A stretch of DNA of 64,000 nucleotides, from the NCBI RefSeq assembly GCF_009914755.1, contig NC_060942.1. One strand, 5' to 3'. Positions 1 to 13,250 of this stretch are shown piece by piece (position 1 is the stretch's first letter; each line of letters starts with the position of its first letter). Origin of the DNA: the human T2T-CHM13v2.0 reference genome, Homo sapiens. A model generated the notes under the pieces. The model was not told where the DNA came from and did not search any database. It saw only the letters and a program-made list of their open reading frames with translations. The position numbers were made by a program, and so were the translations under genes.

Positions 1-1199
1 TTTTGTCTTAAGAAAACAATGAAATTATAGAGCAATTTATTATATATGTGAACTTTCATTCTATATGTGAACCAAATATTTGAGAAAGGCAGCTGGTACA
101 AGCTATAAAAATGTTTGAAACTTACTGTGAATTAATTTTTCTAATCATGTCTCCAATGATTGTTATAGATGTAGTAAAACTGTTTCTGAGTCCTTTGAGG
201 AATACCATTTTGCATATTTGTTGTATTAACGGGGCATTAATAAATCATAAGTAAAGGCTAAGAACACCAGGTCTGTTTCCAAGTTGAAGTGCGTGGTTTG
301 GCATCATTTTCTGAGGTTGATCTCAGAAAGGCTTTTCTGTGTAGTGTTCATTCACTACCATCATTGTTACCTAATGATTTTGTGAAGATTTGCCTAGAGT
401 CAGGGGTCATTGCACAAACGATTTCATTCATTCACTAATTCTTTCTACAAACAGTGTGTTTCTTACGCTCAGGGAGGAAACATTCTACACCCCAGTAGTG
501 CCACTTTCATTTAAAAAAAAAAAAAAGCGTCTACCTGACACCAATGTAGATCAGACATAGTCACAATCAATATTTTTTTCTTACTCCTGGGGATAATTAG
601 CCTTTATTAGTACGGACAGCAATAATTGGGGTTTTACTTCATAAGAGTCAATAGAAATACAGATGCCTTTCACAGATGTTTGCTTTGAAGAGATATTGCT
701 TACAGAAAATTCACTTTTCTCAGTTAAATAATATTTTTTTCTTGATAGCTAGAATTAAACCAAAGTTTTAAAAATATGTAAAATATCTTGTGTGGGTTTT
801 AGGTTTCAAGTAATTGGTACATTTGTATTTATGTATACAGCAAACTGCTGGACTAATGTAGCTCAAAATTTCACTAACATTTTTATGAATTTTCATAAAT
901 CTTAAGTGTCAATATTAGAAAATTAATTAAATATGCTTTGAATAGTAACTGGTTATCTTAAAACAGCTCATAGTGTTCTTATTTTGATAATAAAAATGGT
1001 GTGAATTCGTGTAGAAATTTTGGAAAGTGTAGAAAATATTACATATATGAAAAGGAATATTTTAAAAACCAGTAAATTTTATTCTGCAAAATATTTTTAA
1101 TAGATACTTTATAAAGTATATGGAGTAACGCATTTAAATAAAGTCCAGTAAGTGGTAGTTAGGTTATCTTTGCACATCCCCGATTATTACTTTTGCAAT

Positions 1200-2310
1200 T
1201 GCTATGTCGAATGTTGGCCACATTTTAATTTATTCAACTATGTTGCCAAGTTTAAAAAAAATTATATCAATTTACTTTCAGTAGCAATGGACAAATAACT
1301 TATACATCCTATGACCTTTTAAACATGATTTTGGGTTTCTGCCTTATTTAAACCCATCATATGTCTATTTCTCTCATGTTACCACTTTGTCTTAAATATT
1401 GTTACTTTAGTGTAGTTGAATGCATAGAATTAGGATTGCAATATATTTATTTTTCAAAATTTCCTTGGCCTTTTTTTTACACTTATATTGGCAGGAGACT
1501 TTCCACATTATTGTCCTAAGTTACTAAAGAGGATTTCATTATGATCCACATGATTTGGATAATATTATATTTTTGCTAATTAATTTAGAGATTGGATTTT
1601 TACATCACTGATAATTTATACCACAAGGAATATCCCAACACTATGCATATCGTCTTTTAAAAGGCTTTCTTTGTTTTCTTCATATATATCCTATAAATCC
1701 TGATCTAATTTATTCTTAGATATTTTACACAATTTTTTGCTAACATTAATTGCATCTTATTTTAATTATGGTTTCTATTAGGTTGGTTCTTGACTATAAG
1801 AAATGCAATTGGGTTGTATGTGTTATTTTGTAGCATATATCCAGATTGACCTTGATATGTTTTCTTAAGTTATCAGTTTATAGTCTTGGGGTTAGCTTGT
1901 TTACACTTCTATACAAAGAATGATGATGAGTTTTTAAAAAATTGTACTTTAAGTTCTGGGATACAACTGCAGAACGTGCAGGTTTGTTACATAGGTATAC
2001 ACATGCTATGGTGGTTTGCTGCACCCATCAACCCACCATTTACATTAAGTATTTCTCCTAACGCTATCCCTCCCCTAGTCCCCCATGCCCTGACAGGCCC
2101 CAGTGTGTGACGTTCCCCTCTCTATGTCCTTGTGATTATTTTATCTCTATATTCATAATATTTGAAGTTTTAAAATAATTTAAAATGTTGAGTAGGTCAA
2201 CATTTAAACTATAGCACTAAAAAAAAAAAAACAGGTTGTAAAACAAGCACCTTAGGCTCTTTTTCTGATTTTATAGGTTTGTTGCAATGTTTTAACATTA
2301 AATATGATAA
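1200..2310 (-). mobile_element. Old, highly diverged L1M (L1ME/L1MC-type) ORF2 fragment, interrupted by a younger L1PA
   Basis: T-rich antisense L1 ORF2-like stretches (e.g. tttattcttagatattttac, agaaatgcaattgggttgtatgtgttattttgta) that resume after 2137. Confidence 0.5.
1931..2136 (-). mobile_element. 5'-truncated L1PA (L1PA7/8-like) 3' UTR
   Basis: tactttaagttctgggatac...gtgcaggtttgttacataggtatac...gctatccctcccctag...gacaggccccagtgtgtga is the reverse complement of the primate L1 3' end. Explains ORF 1886-2110. Confidence 0.9.
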
Positions 2311-2331
2311 TGATGATGATGATGACGATGA
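2305..2331. repeat. (ATG)n/(GAT)n microsatellite
   Basis: atgataatgatgatgatgatgacgatg. Confidence 0.8.
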
Positions 2332-3419
2332 CTGTAGAGACTGTCTATGAGTCTGTGGAATATCCTGCTTATTATTATTAGCTACAGGCCTTTGGATCTT
2401 ACAATTAATTTGAGTAAAACTATAGGTGCAGATAAACTCCTTGAAATTATGTAAAATTCAGCATGAACATTGAAGGAGTCTTGTCATTTGCCTATCTAGG
2501 GAAAACCGACTGTCTTGTAGTCTATTAATCTTTGTTTTGGCTAGATCAGCCCATATGGAGACGCTGAACACAGTAACCTTGCAGGCACATACAGATCCAC
2601 ATAGGAGCTGATGAAAGCCAAGCCTAGTCATGTAGTGGTCTACTCCCTACCTGTGACGTATTTGAAGTAGTCCACTGCCAGAGCATAATGTGAAGGTAAC
2701 AACTCAAGCCTTACAGTCAGACTGTAAGCACACAATGTGCTACCAACATATAATTAAATGTTTAATAAATGTGTGCTCATATTAATACTGTTGTTATAAT
2801 CCTATTCTTCTCGAGTGAGCCCTGGGCACCAGATTGCCTATGAACTGTCAGGGAGATGATAACCTTACTGGTGGTCAATAAATTCTTTCTGAAACTTCTT
2901 TTAATAAAAGACATTAGCCTAACAATTACTATCCCCTCTTTATATTGTCTAGAGAGATAATTATGCTGTTTCTAATAAAACATGAAATATGTCAAACATT
3001 GAAATAAATGTAAAAGCCAAGCTTTAAACTGTATTATACAAATAATTATTATAATAGTACCTCTAATCCAAGGTTAAATTAGTGAAGATCAGAAATATGG
3101 AAATGAAAGAATGGAGAATAAAAGTAGGGTAAGACTTTAGGTGTCAAAATATATTGATTTATACTTAAAATTGATAATTATAACCATGTATCAAAATATT
3201 TACACTTCAAACTAAGAACAAAACCATTGAACACAAAAGGAAACAATCGTAAACATAAATATTTCCCCCAAATAAAATTTCAATAATTTTCCCAGTCAGA
3301 ATTTACATAGGCCATAGTGTAGCAAAATGTAAACACAAATATTTATACAATAAAACCTTGAAGTAGACATTAAAATAATTCTTCTAAACAACTGGCAGGA
3401 AAGTCATTATTCATCAAGT

Positions 3420-3870
3420 GATTATTTTAAAAGATACAGAAGTACAAAAGATACCAGCATTTTCCATAGTAGCCCCAAACTTGAAACAGCATAAACATTT
3501 ATAAACAAAAATGTCATTAATGTATTTGTAATATATGTCTAGGATGGAAAGCTATAGAGAAATGATAGAACAAAACACAAACATGGCTCCACCTCAGATA
3601 TATAATGTTGGGTGAAAGAAGCAGATATGAAATATTATATACAGTGTTGTCTTATTTATAGACATTTCAAAAACAAGTGAAACTGACTTGGAATGACAAG
3701 AGTCAGACTAGTGACCACTGTGGTGAAGGGAAAGGCTGCAGTATCGTCTGTGCTGGCAACATTCTGTATTCTAAGTGGGAGGTGGGTCCGCAGGGCTGTT
3801 CACTTTTTAACAGTTTATTAAGCAGTATAGTTAGTATTTGTGCACTTCATTCTAATTTATACTTTAAATA
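3420..3870 (+). mobile_element. Old L1ME/L1MC 3' end fragment
   Basis: catagtagccccaaacttgaaacag...aatgttgggtgaaagaagcagata...ggcaacattctgtattcta...tttgtgcactt resembles L1M 3' UTR landmarks. Confidence 0.6.
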
Positions 3871-4419
3871 GCTTAGAAGTTTAGAATATGTTCAACATGC
3901 TATTCAGTGGTACTGAAAGCATTTTCAAATAGGCAAACAGGTTAGTATATTTCTGGAGAAAATATCAAAGCAATATGTATTGACTTAAAAGTACTCTTTT
4001 CCTTCAGTCTAGTAATTCTGGAAAAATACAAACTCCAGGACAAAATAGAAACTCTCTAGTTCATTTAACAGCATGAAACAAAAGCTTAAGACAATTAGAA
4101 AAAAAGAATAAAAAAACAAGTCGGCCAAGCTGGTGCCCTTTAGCTTAACTTTATGGGGAACTAAAGAACTCCTAAAGTAGAGTTAAATGAAGAGAATAAT
4201 ATTTATTAGAATTCTTTGTTGGGAGAAGGCTGTGTATGATTGAATGCAGAAAAACATAGGATAAAGATAGGATAAAATGCAGTTCCCTTTGACAAAGGAA
4301 TAGTTAATGGCTCAGCTATGAAATGGACCGTCATGCAATGTCTAAGACATTTGCAAAGACCTCTTCACTTCCATGGAGTCATAATTATATTAAGTATAAA
4401 AAATAATAGGTGAAATGGA

Positions 4420-4975
4420 TTGTGGTGGCCACTGCAGGTTGGCAGGTTCAACCTCCATTCTGCTCTCCTCCTCTGATGTTTTCATTTATGATAGTGGCTA
4501 AAAGGCCTAAAAAGTCATTTTCTGAGCTCCCTTGCAGCATGAGGTCAGGAGGCTGGTTAGGTTCTACCAGTTCCCAGCACTCTCCTGAGACTTGGAAGGC
4601 AGAAGTGACTCAGAAGGTACCATTCTGGTTTTTGTTTTGTTTTTTTGCTATTGGAGTAGGCGCATGAACCTGTAGGTCAAGAATCAGCTGTGGCTAAGGA
4701 GTTATTTTATTGCAGAATGTGACACTTCAGAGTGTCCAGGGCAGTTGAAACAGTGGCCACTTTTACCAGGTCCTGGTTCTTGCTTCCCGGTTGTATCTAA
4801 ACTGCTCCATATTCCTGGTTTGATGTAGGGAGTAGAACCCTTGTGAGTTCTGCAGTGACTGGGACCATTCTTAGTGGTCCAAGATAGAACCCTCTCCTCC
4901 AGAATCATATTCAATCCTTTTTTTTTTTTTTAAACATACCTGAAGTTTCCTTTATTGAATACCAAATGATACTGT
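4420..4975. mobile_element. Old ERVL-class LTR (LTR33/LTR16-like)
   Basis: Starts tgtggtggcc, contains ctcccttgcagc and ggaaggcagaagtga motifs; GC-richer than the flanks. Confidence 0.5.
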
Positions 4976-4986
4976 GATTTAGATAG

Positions 4987-5720
4987 GTTCATTCATTTAT
5001 ACAACACATAACTTACTTAGGGCCTGATATGTCCTGTCACTATTCTAGGTCTTGGTGAAAAAAAAAAAAAAATTCTATATACAGAGCAAACTCTTTGCTC
5101 TGGAGCAGTTTATATTATAGGACATGTAGTCAATCAAGAAAAAACAAATGATACCTAACTGTATACTCCCTAAGAAAGATTAATTTTTTGTTTTATTTTG
5201 CAAAACTAAATAAAACAGAGGCAGCCTTGAGGGCACAGGTGGCATACAGTGCAGTATAAATAAGATGGTCAGATGAGGTCTCATCAAGGAGGTGATAACC
5301 TGAGCAAAGATTGGTAGGAGGTCAGGTAACATGCCAAGGAGATTTATGGGGTGGAGGGAAGGGCTACCCAAGGCCCAAAAGGCAGAACAGTCCCAGAATG
5401 TTTGAGAAATGGCAGGGCAGTCTTTGTGGTTTAAGCGGGAGTGAGACAGGCATGGGAGAGGAGGTCAGAGTTGACAATGAGTCCAGTTATTTGGGAACGT
5501 GTAGGACATCGTATGGACACTGGATTTTACTCTGAGATAAAGGGGGAGTATGGTGAGTTTTGGGCAGAGGATTGATGTTTTAGGAGGAACTTGCTGCTGA
5601 GAACAGACTGTAGATGAGCAACATTATAAGTCCCAATAAGGAGGCTATTGCACCAATTCAGGAAAGAGCGATGGCTTGGAATTCAAGAGGAAATGACTGC
5701 TGTGGAAGGAGAGTAGATAT
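4987..5720 (-). mobile_element. L2 LINE 3' portion
   Basis: ttcattcattt...tattctaggtcttgg...ggaggtgataacctgagcaaaga...tggattttactctgag is typical antisense L2. Confidence 0.75.
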
Positions 5721-6457
5721 CATTGGATGGCTGAGTTTTATTTTCATGTTTTTACTTTTTTGTTTTTCAAATTTTCTACAATATGCATGTTTTAATTAAT
5801 ACTAAAAATATTTTGTGAATTAAAACTTACAGATAGCAAACTACAGAGAACAAAATGACTAAAGGAGATAAAGATATTCAATGCCAAATATAAAACACGC
5901 AGAGAAAGGGAAAGGAGAGGAAAGAGAGAAGAAGAGACAGGGAAAAAGGAAACCCAACCAATAAAGTAAGAGACTTGGGAATAAATCTTGTTTTCGAGGG
6001 AAGTTTTATTGGACTAATCTGCCCTCATGCTGGTTAAGAAGAGACATGAGGCATAAGGGACAGGACGATGGTGTGAAAGTCTTGATATTGTCAGATAACT
6101 ATTGGCTTGGGAATGTTAGAATAGCTGAACTCAGTCGTTAGGACTCATTGATCAGAGATATTTGGAATTACGATTTGTCCTAAGCCATTGACTCCTTAAA
6201 AGGAAAAACAAACAAACAAAAAAACCATGTGTTTAGTTCCTATTTCTCTTTTAGGTGCCAGATATAGGGCAGTGAAAAAACACACAAAGCCCTTGGCCTC
6301 ATGAAACTTGGTGTTTCATTAGTCTATAATGAAACTAAGGCAGAAATTTCTGAAATTATATCATAATTTATTACTCCTGATAAAGAATGAGAACTTGAGA
6401 GTTAAGCTGTTGCTCTAGAGTGAGTTGGATCTAGAATTATTTAGAAAGACAAATAGG

Positions 6458-6657
6458 TGTTCTCATTGTTCAATTCCCACCTATGAGTGACAACAGGCGG
6501 TGTTGGGTTTTCTGTCCTTGAGATAGTTTGCTCAGAATGATGGTTTCCAAGTTCCTCCATGTCCCTACAAAGGACATGAACTCATCCTTTTTTATGGCTG
6601 CATAGTATTCCATGTTGTACTTAAAGTATAATTAAAAAAATAAATAAATAAATAAAA
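6458..6657 (+). mobile_element. Short L1PA (L1PA4-6-like) insertion with 5' inversion (twin priming) and 15-bp TSD
   Basis: 6458-6614 is antisense L1 ORF2-end/3' UTR. About 6619-6657 is sense acttaaagtataat plus an A-rich tail. Flanked by agaaagacaaatagg (6443-6457) and agaaagacaagtagg (6658-6672). Confidence 0.9.
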
Positions 6658-7004
6658 AGAAAGACAAGTAGGGAGATTGGGAGAACTTATCTTTTCAGAC
6701 AGAAAGGAGATATTTTTGAGGATGAGAAATGAAGCCAGGGAGCTAGAGATAATATGGTATGAGACATCAATCCTGTCTGTCAAAGTCAATTGTTCTGGAG
6801 AAAAATCCATGCAGAATTATCTCTGATTAAAGCATATGACACTTAACTGCTGTAGTTCAAAACTTTCAAAAGTTTTGTCTTCATTCATTCCTAACAGTGT
6901 AAAAAAAACAATGAAGTATAATGCATGAATGTTTTAATTTGAGTTGTATTGAACTTAGTATATGAATATATGTGTGGATATATGATAATTTTATACTATT
7001 TTTT

Positions 7005-7100
7005 CATAACCAATAATCATCCCCACTCTACCCTTAACTATCCTTCTACTTTCTATGTCCATGAATTTAATTAATTTGATTTGTAGATTCCACAAATATG
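7005..7100 (-). mobile_element. L1MA-type 3' UTR fragment
   Basis: aactatccttctactttctatgtccatgaattt...tagattccacaaatatg. Confidence 0.55.
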
Positions 7101-10060
7101 ATAATTTTAAAGATTATATGCACATACACATGTACTCACCTAAACATTTTAGTTGTGATATTTTCTTCCCCCACTCTATAACAAGGCACTCTGATTTGGA
7201 TTGCATAGCCCTTGTCAAAGACAAAAGATGCTGTATAATTCTCTTTTCCAATCATATGTCAGGGCAATTTTTAATTTTTAGTACATTGTTTTTTTTAATA
7301 AAACTAGGTGCTTGTATTTTAATTTTCTATCTATAACTGAAAAATAATTTCAATTTTTTGTTGCTAAGCCAGTTTGCTTTCCTCATTGTATTTTATTCAT
7401 TAGAATATGTATCTTTTCTTCCAGGCTATAATCCCCTTCTATAAAAATTAAACAGTGTCTCATAGTAGTGGCCAATAAAAATGTATTTGATAAATGACTA
7501 AGAATGTAGTAAAGTATTATAGTAATATTTTAATAACATACTTATTAATCATATAATGTATCTCACATATTTTTCTTACAAAATTGTACATCACTATTCT
7601 GTGAAGAGAAAATTTTATATGTATTCATACATTTTCAGGTTAGCATCACAAACCACAAGGATTTGTACCATACATTAAAATATAGGTTTTAAAACGAGTG
7701 CTTTAATTATCTAATTATTTGTGTTCATACTATTCAATTTCCATTTTCAGAAGGATACTTCTCTTTGTATAATTGGAAGTATACATTAATTGAAGAGGAA
7801 TCCTCAGGGGTGATTAAAAGGTTTTTTTTTTTAGTATCATTTATATAATTTGGGTGAGTATATGAGCTCTTTCAGACATTAGTAAATTTCAGAAATTTAA
7901 CAAATTATATTTTCACTCTCATAATCCTTATCTACATGCCAAAGTGAAATGGACATTTGGCAGTTGACCAGTTAATTTGATCAATGCAGATGCCAAACAA
8001 TATTATGCAGGAAAAAATATAACTTGGCAGCTTAAGTGAGGTCTTAATGGACCAAATAGTTTGATGCAACTGCAGGGAGGGTTTCCCTACCTTGTATGAG
8101 CTGACTATAAAATTCACACAACATTTGGCTGGTTGGCTATATGAAGTCAAGTAAATGTTTTCAGAGTTCACTATTTTACTAGCCAGTGATAAAATATATT
8201 GGATTCTTTTTTCCCTCAACTAGATATGAAACAATGCAGTAACAATCCCCTATGTTCATTCATGGCTTTTAATGATTTGAACTGAAAAGTTTGAAAAAAA
8301 ATATTTATGGAGGTATCCACTAAACTACTCATTACAATGTGTTTACTAGGAGATTGCATTTATTATTCATAAACTCAGAGGAAACTTTTTCACTGTATTT
8401 TTTAGCTTTGATTAAATTTATCTCATATTTACAGAATAAAGTTAATTTAATGAAATGTTAGATATTTGTCTTATCTGATTTTTGAATTGAATGAAGCTGG
8501 TCTCATGCAATTGACTAGGGAATGATCAGAGCTGCATGTTTAAAGGAGTGAAAAAATGATTCTGGAGAATAATACAAAAAATATCATCACAATAACAAAA
8601 CCAATATAACATTTTTTCAAGAAAAAAAATTCCAAAAGAAATTTGGAAGGAGTTTCTCTGTGCAGGAAAGTTAAGATTTTCTTTACTCTGTTTATCTGTA
8701 GCAACCTTTTTGATTTCAAAAGTTAGCACTCAACATAAGTACATTTTAATGTACATTATCTCATTTATTTATTCTAGTAGAATGTGAGCTTCTTAGGGCC
8801 AGAACTGTGTTACCTTTGCAACAAAGATGCTCAAAAGAAAAAAAAAAAAAGTTTAAAATATCCTCTCTATGAGCTACCACAGGCTTGTTCCAATACATGA
8901 ATACACTGTCTTCTCATAGCCCCTACAGTTTCAAAGTTCTGGGAGTCTGGCATTTGCAGATTACTTATGTAAACAGCTAATACACAAATTCAACTATAGA
9001 AATGCCATAAATTGCAGAGTAAATCTGTAGAAAGGTGATGTCGATTTGCTGAAGGACAAACCATAAAGAGTTTCCTACCAGAATATGTAGTTCTGGCACT
9101 TCTTCCCAAGGGGACTTTGAAACATGTGGGAACTATGCCTTTTCTTTTGATGATGCAAGCTTTCTAACTATGTCCTTCTCCCTAGAAACTATTTTTAACC
9201 TATGCCATTTCACATCATTGAATTCATTACTAGCTCTGGAGCAAAACTGGACCCATGTTGCACAACAGGCGACCTTTAGAATTTAGGTACAGAGATAAAT
9301 TTATTTTAGATAAACTGTCACTTATTATTCCAATTTTATTTTAATTATTTACCTAACTTTGGATTTCAATGCTTCTCTTTTAGAAATACCAACACAGAGT
9401 GAGAGATAAAACTTAAATATTCCACAGTGAAGGATTTATGTGTCTTATATATCATCATATTAAAATGTATCATATTTCCAGACATTGCATGAGATTAATG
9501 TACTAGTTAACATTGACTTATAGAATAGTTTTGATAAATTCCTTATCTAATGGATTTTGATTTATGGATGTAAAGACCATCTAGATAATTACATTTTAAT
9601 TAGAGCTATAAGTAGGTATCTAAGTCCCATGTTTTGGAGATAATCTCAGTTTGTAAATAATATATACTATTTCTCAGCCTGAGTTAGCTTTGTGGTTCTA
9701 TAGCTAAGTTTTATTTCAATGGAAAAATAAAAGCCTGAGAAGTCTACACAATTTGTATACCTGTAATCTCACATCTTGTTCACAAAGCAAATGCTCTGTC
9801 AAAAATGATGGTGCATTTTGTTATTCCATGGAAGCATAAAGTTTCAAAGGATAATATTTAATAACAAAATATACAATATGCTTAGGAATGCCTGATTTCA
9901 GTGTAATAGAAGGAAACCCTTTCAATATTTTCTATATAAATTCATATTTTCAGTTTAATATATTTTTGAAGTGCCATCCACAGGTTTAGTATACATCGTT
10001 GATACTGAGAGATATGAAAATGAGTAAGAGAAAACCACTACTCTCATAAAACGTACACTC

Positions 10061-10570
10061 TGTATTTGTCAGTGTCCATCTGGTAAATAGAAATACTCTA
10101 GATCTATGAACAGAGGGTATTTAATAGATGCAATTGAAGAGCTGAGAAGCTATGTAAACTGCTACTTGGTAACATATAGATTGGTAATGGTAGGAAGGAG
10201 CTAAAGAGGGTGAAGAGAAACTACAGTGTGAACCAGGGTTGCCAGACCCTGTAGCAGGAGCTGTGTGGCAAAAACTGAAACTGCTGTTGGTGCTTCTCTA
10301 CTCAGATGAGAGAGCTACCAGAAAGGACTTTGAGCCACAGTGGGCAGGCAACAGCAGTAAGAGATGCATCTCTAGACATCAGAAGAGAAATGCTCTGGGT
10401 TCTCTCCAATCCTGCCCACCAGTCTTCTGCCAGCATCTTCCATTGACTGAATCTACCAGGAAGCTACTAGCAAGAGGCCCTGGGAAATTGATTTCTGTGC
10501 AATGAAACAGAGTGGAGAAGGGGAAGGAATAGATCTGAGAGCAAATAAGCAGGTGACCCATCAACACAGG
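10061..10570. mobile_element. Old ERVL/MaLR-class LTR, subfamily undetermined
   Basis: tgtatttgtcagtgtcc...agaaatactcta...ctgccagcatcttccattgactgaatctaccaggaagc...cctgggaaat resembles ancient LTR consensus motifs. Confidence 0.5.
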
Positions 10571-10749
10571 AATTAAGATGAAATTGTAATCACTAGTGTG
10601 TTGGAGCATGGCAAAGACCATGAGAAAAATATAAAATATTACTCAAGTGATAACTGAAAAACTAAAACTTACATAGTAGATGGCATGTGATGTGTTTCAT
10701 GTTTAAGGTGAACATATTATTTATCTTCAAAACCAAGAAAATTTAAAAA

Positions 10750-13250
10750 AACTGTTACCATTCCTACTGTAACTATTCCCAAAAATCAAGAAGGATGGGC
10801 TCCTTTCTATTCTGTGACAACAGCATCAGCCTGATACCAAAATCTGGTAGAGATACAATGAAAAAGAAAACTTCAGGTCCAAAACCCCTGGTGAACATTG
10901 ACACAAAAATCATCAGCAAAACTGAATCCAGCAGCACATCAAAAAGTTAACACAAAGTGATTAAGTAGACTTTATTCCTGGGATGCAAGTCGGGTTCAAA
11001 ACATGCAAATCAATAAATGTGATTTACCACATAAAAAGAATTAAAAGCAAACACCATATGATCGTCTCAATTGATTCAGGAAAAGCTTTTGATAGAATCC
11101 AACATCCTTTCATGATAAAAACCGTCAACAGAATAGGTTGAAGGAAGATACTTCAAAGTAATAAGATCCATCTATGACAAACTTACTGCCAACACCATAC
11201 TGAATGGGCAAATGCTGGAACCATTCCCCTTGAGAACTGAAACAAGACAGGCATGCCCCATCCAAATAGGAAAAGAAGAAATCCAATTATCTTCACTGAT
11301 GATATGATTCTATGTCCAGAAATCCCTAAAGATACCACCAAAAGTCTCCTAGAACTGATAAAACAACAACAACAAAAAAAAAACTTCAAGTTTCAGGATA
11401 CAAAATCAACATACAAAAGTCAGTGGCATTTCTATACACATTCAAGCTGACAGCCAAATCAAGAACACAATCCTCTTTACAATAGCCCCATCCCAAAACT
11501 GAAATACCTATGAAGACATCTTATGAAGGAAGGGAAAGATCTCTATGAGGGGAACTACAAAACACTGCTGAAAGAAATCAGAGGTGATACAAATGAGTGG
11601 AAAAACATCCCATGCTCATGGATTGGAAGAGTCAATATCATTAAAATGACCATACTGCACAAAGCAATTTACAGATTCACAGTTATTTGTCAAACTATCA
11701 ATGTCATTTTTCACAGAATTGGAAACGTCTATTCTTAAATTCATATGGAACCAAAAAAGAGCCTAAAGAGCCAAAGCAACCCTAAGTGAAAAGAACAAAG
11801 CTGAATGCAGCACACTACTAGACTTCAAACTATACTATAAGGCTACAGTAACCAAAGCAGCATGGTACTGGTTAGAAAACAGACACATTGACCAATGGAG
11901 AAGGTTGGAGAATCCAGAAATAAAGCTATATACCTACAACCATCTGATCTTCGACAAAGCTGACTAAAACAAGCAATGGGGAAAAGACTCCCCATTCAAT
12001 AAATGATGCTTGGATAACTGGCTAGCCATATGCAAAGAATGAAATTGGACCCCTATACAAAAGTTCACCCAAAATTTATTAGACATTTAAATGTAAGACC
12101 CCAAACTATGAAATTCCTAGAAAGAAACCTAGGAAACACCTTTCTCAGCGTCAACCTTGGCAGGATTTTTAGCTAAGTCCCCAAAAGCAAATGCAACAGA
12201 AACAAAAATTGACAGTGGGACCTAATTAAACTAAAGATCTTCTGCACAGCAAAAGAAACTAACAGAGTAAATAGACCACCTACAGAATGGGAGAAAATAT
12301 TCACAAGCTATGCATCTGACAAAGGTCTAACACACAGAATCTACAACGAACTTAATAAGTGAAAAAAAGAATAATTCCATCAAAAAGTGGGCAAAAGACA
12401 TGAACAGACACTTCTGAAAAGAAAGCAAACAAATGGCCAAAAAAAACCATGAAAAAAATGCTCCTAATCACTAATCATCAGAGAAATGCAAATCAAAACC
12501 ATGATGAGACACCATCAAACCAGTCAGAATGGCTATTACTAAAAAGTCAAAAAATAACCTGCTCTTGAGGCTGCAGAAAAAAAGGGAATGCTCATACACT
12601 GTTGGCAGGAATGTAAATTAGTTCAGCCGCTGTGGAAAGCAGTTTGGAGATTTCTCAAAGAAGTTAGAAGCAGAACTACCATTCCACTCAGAATCCCATT
12701 AATGGGTATATAGCTGAAAGAATATAAACGATTCTATTGTAAAGACACAGGCACGCATATGTTCATTGCAGCACTATTCACAAGAGCAAAGATAGGGAAT
12801 CAACTAAGGTGCCCATCAACAGTGGATTAGAAAAAAAATGTGGTACGTATACATCATGGAATACTATGCAGCCATAAAAGGGAAAAAAAAACATGTTTTT
12901 TGCAGCAACATGGATGTAGCTGGAGGCAATCACCCTAAGCAAATTAACACAGGAATGGACAGCCAAATATTGGATGATCTCACTTATAAGTGGGAGATAA
13001 ACTTTGAGCACACCCGGACACAAAGATTGGAACAACAGAATCTGTAGACTGCTAGAGTGCGGAGGGTGGGAGGTATGGGTTGAGCAAGGACCTACTGAGT
13101 ACTATTCTCACTACTTCGGTGGTGGTATCCAGACCCCAAACCTCAGCATTATGCAATATTTCCATGTAATAAACCCACACATGTACCCACTGAATCTAAA
13201 ATAAGTGTTGAAATTACAAAAAAAAAACAAAAAAAAAGGAAAAAAAAGAA
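10750..13250 (+). mobile_element. 5'-truncated L1PA15/16-like LINE-1 (degenerate ORF2 RT/C-terminal region, 3' UTR, poly-A)
   Basis: ORF2 peptide remnants ([54 protein letters not shown]). 3' end ccccaaacctcagcatt...tgaatctaaaataa followed by an A-tail at 13218-13250. Many stops and frameshifts. Confidence 0.92.

Noticed and set aside
1931-6614. The L1PA piece ending at ~2134 and the piece starting at 6458 are adjacent in the L1 consensus, suggesting one element split by a 4.3-kb insertion
   Set aside because: The 6458 piece has its own TSD and tail, the two pieces appear to carry different subfamily diagnostics, and the intervening DNA holds older repeats continuous with the flanks. Most likely a coincidence.
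10750-13250. ORFs with reverse-transcriptase-like peptides (11253-11450, 11523-11738, 12838-13047)
   Set aside because: Frameshifted fragments of a dead, 5'-truncated L1 ORF2; not a host gene.
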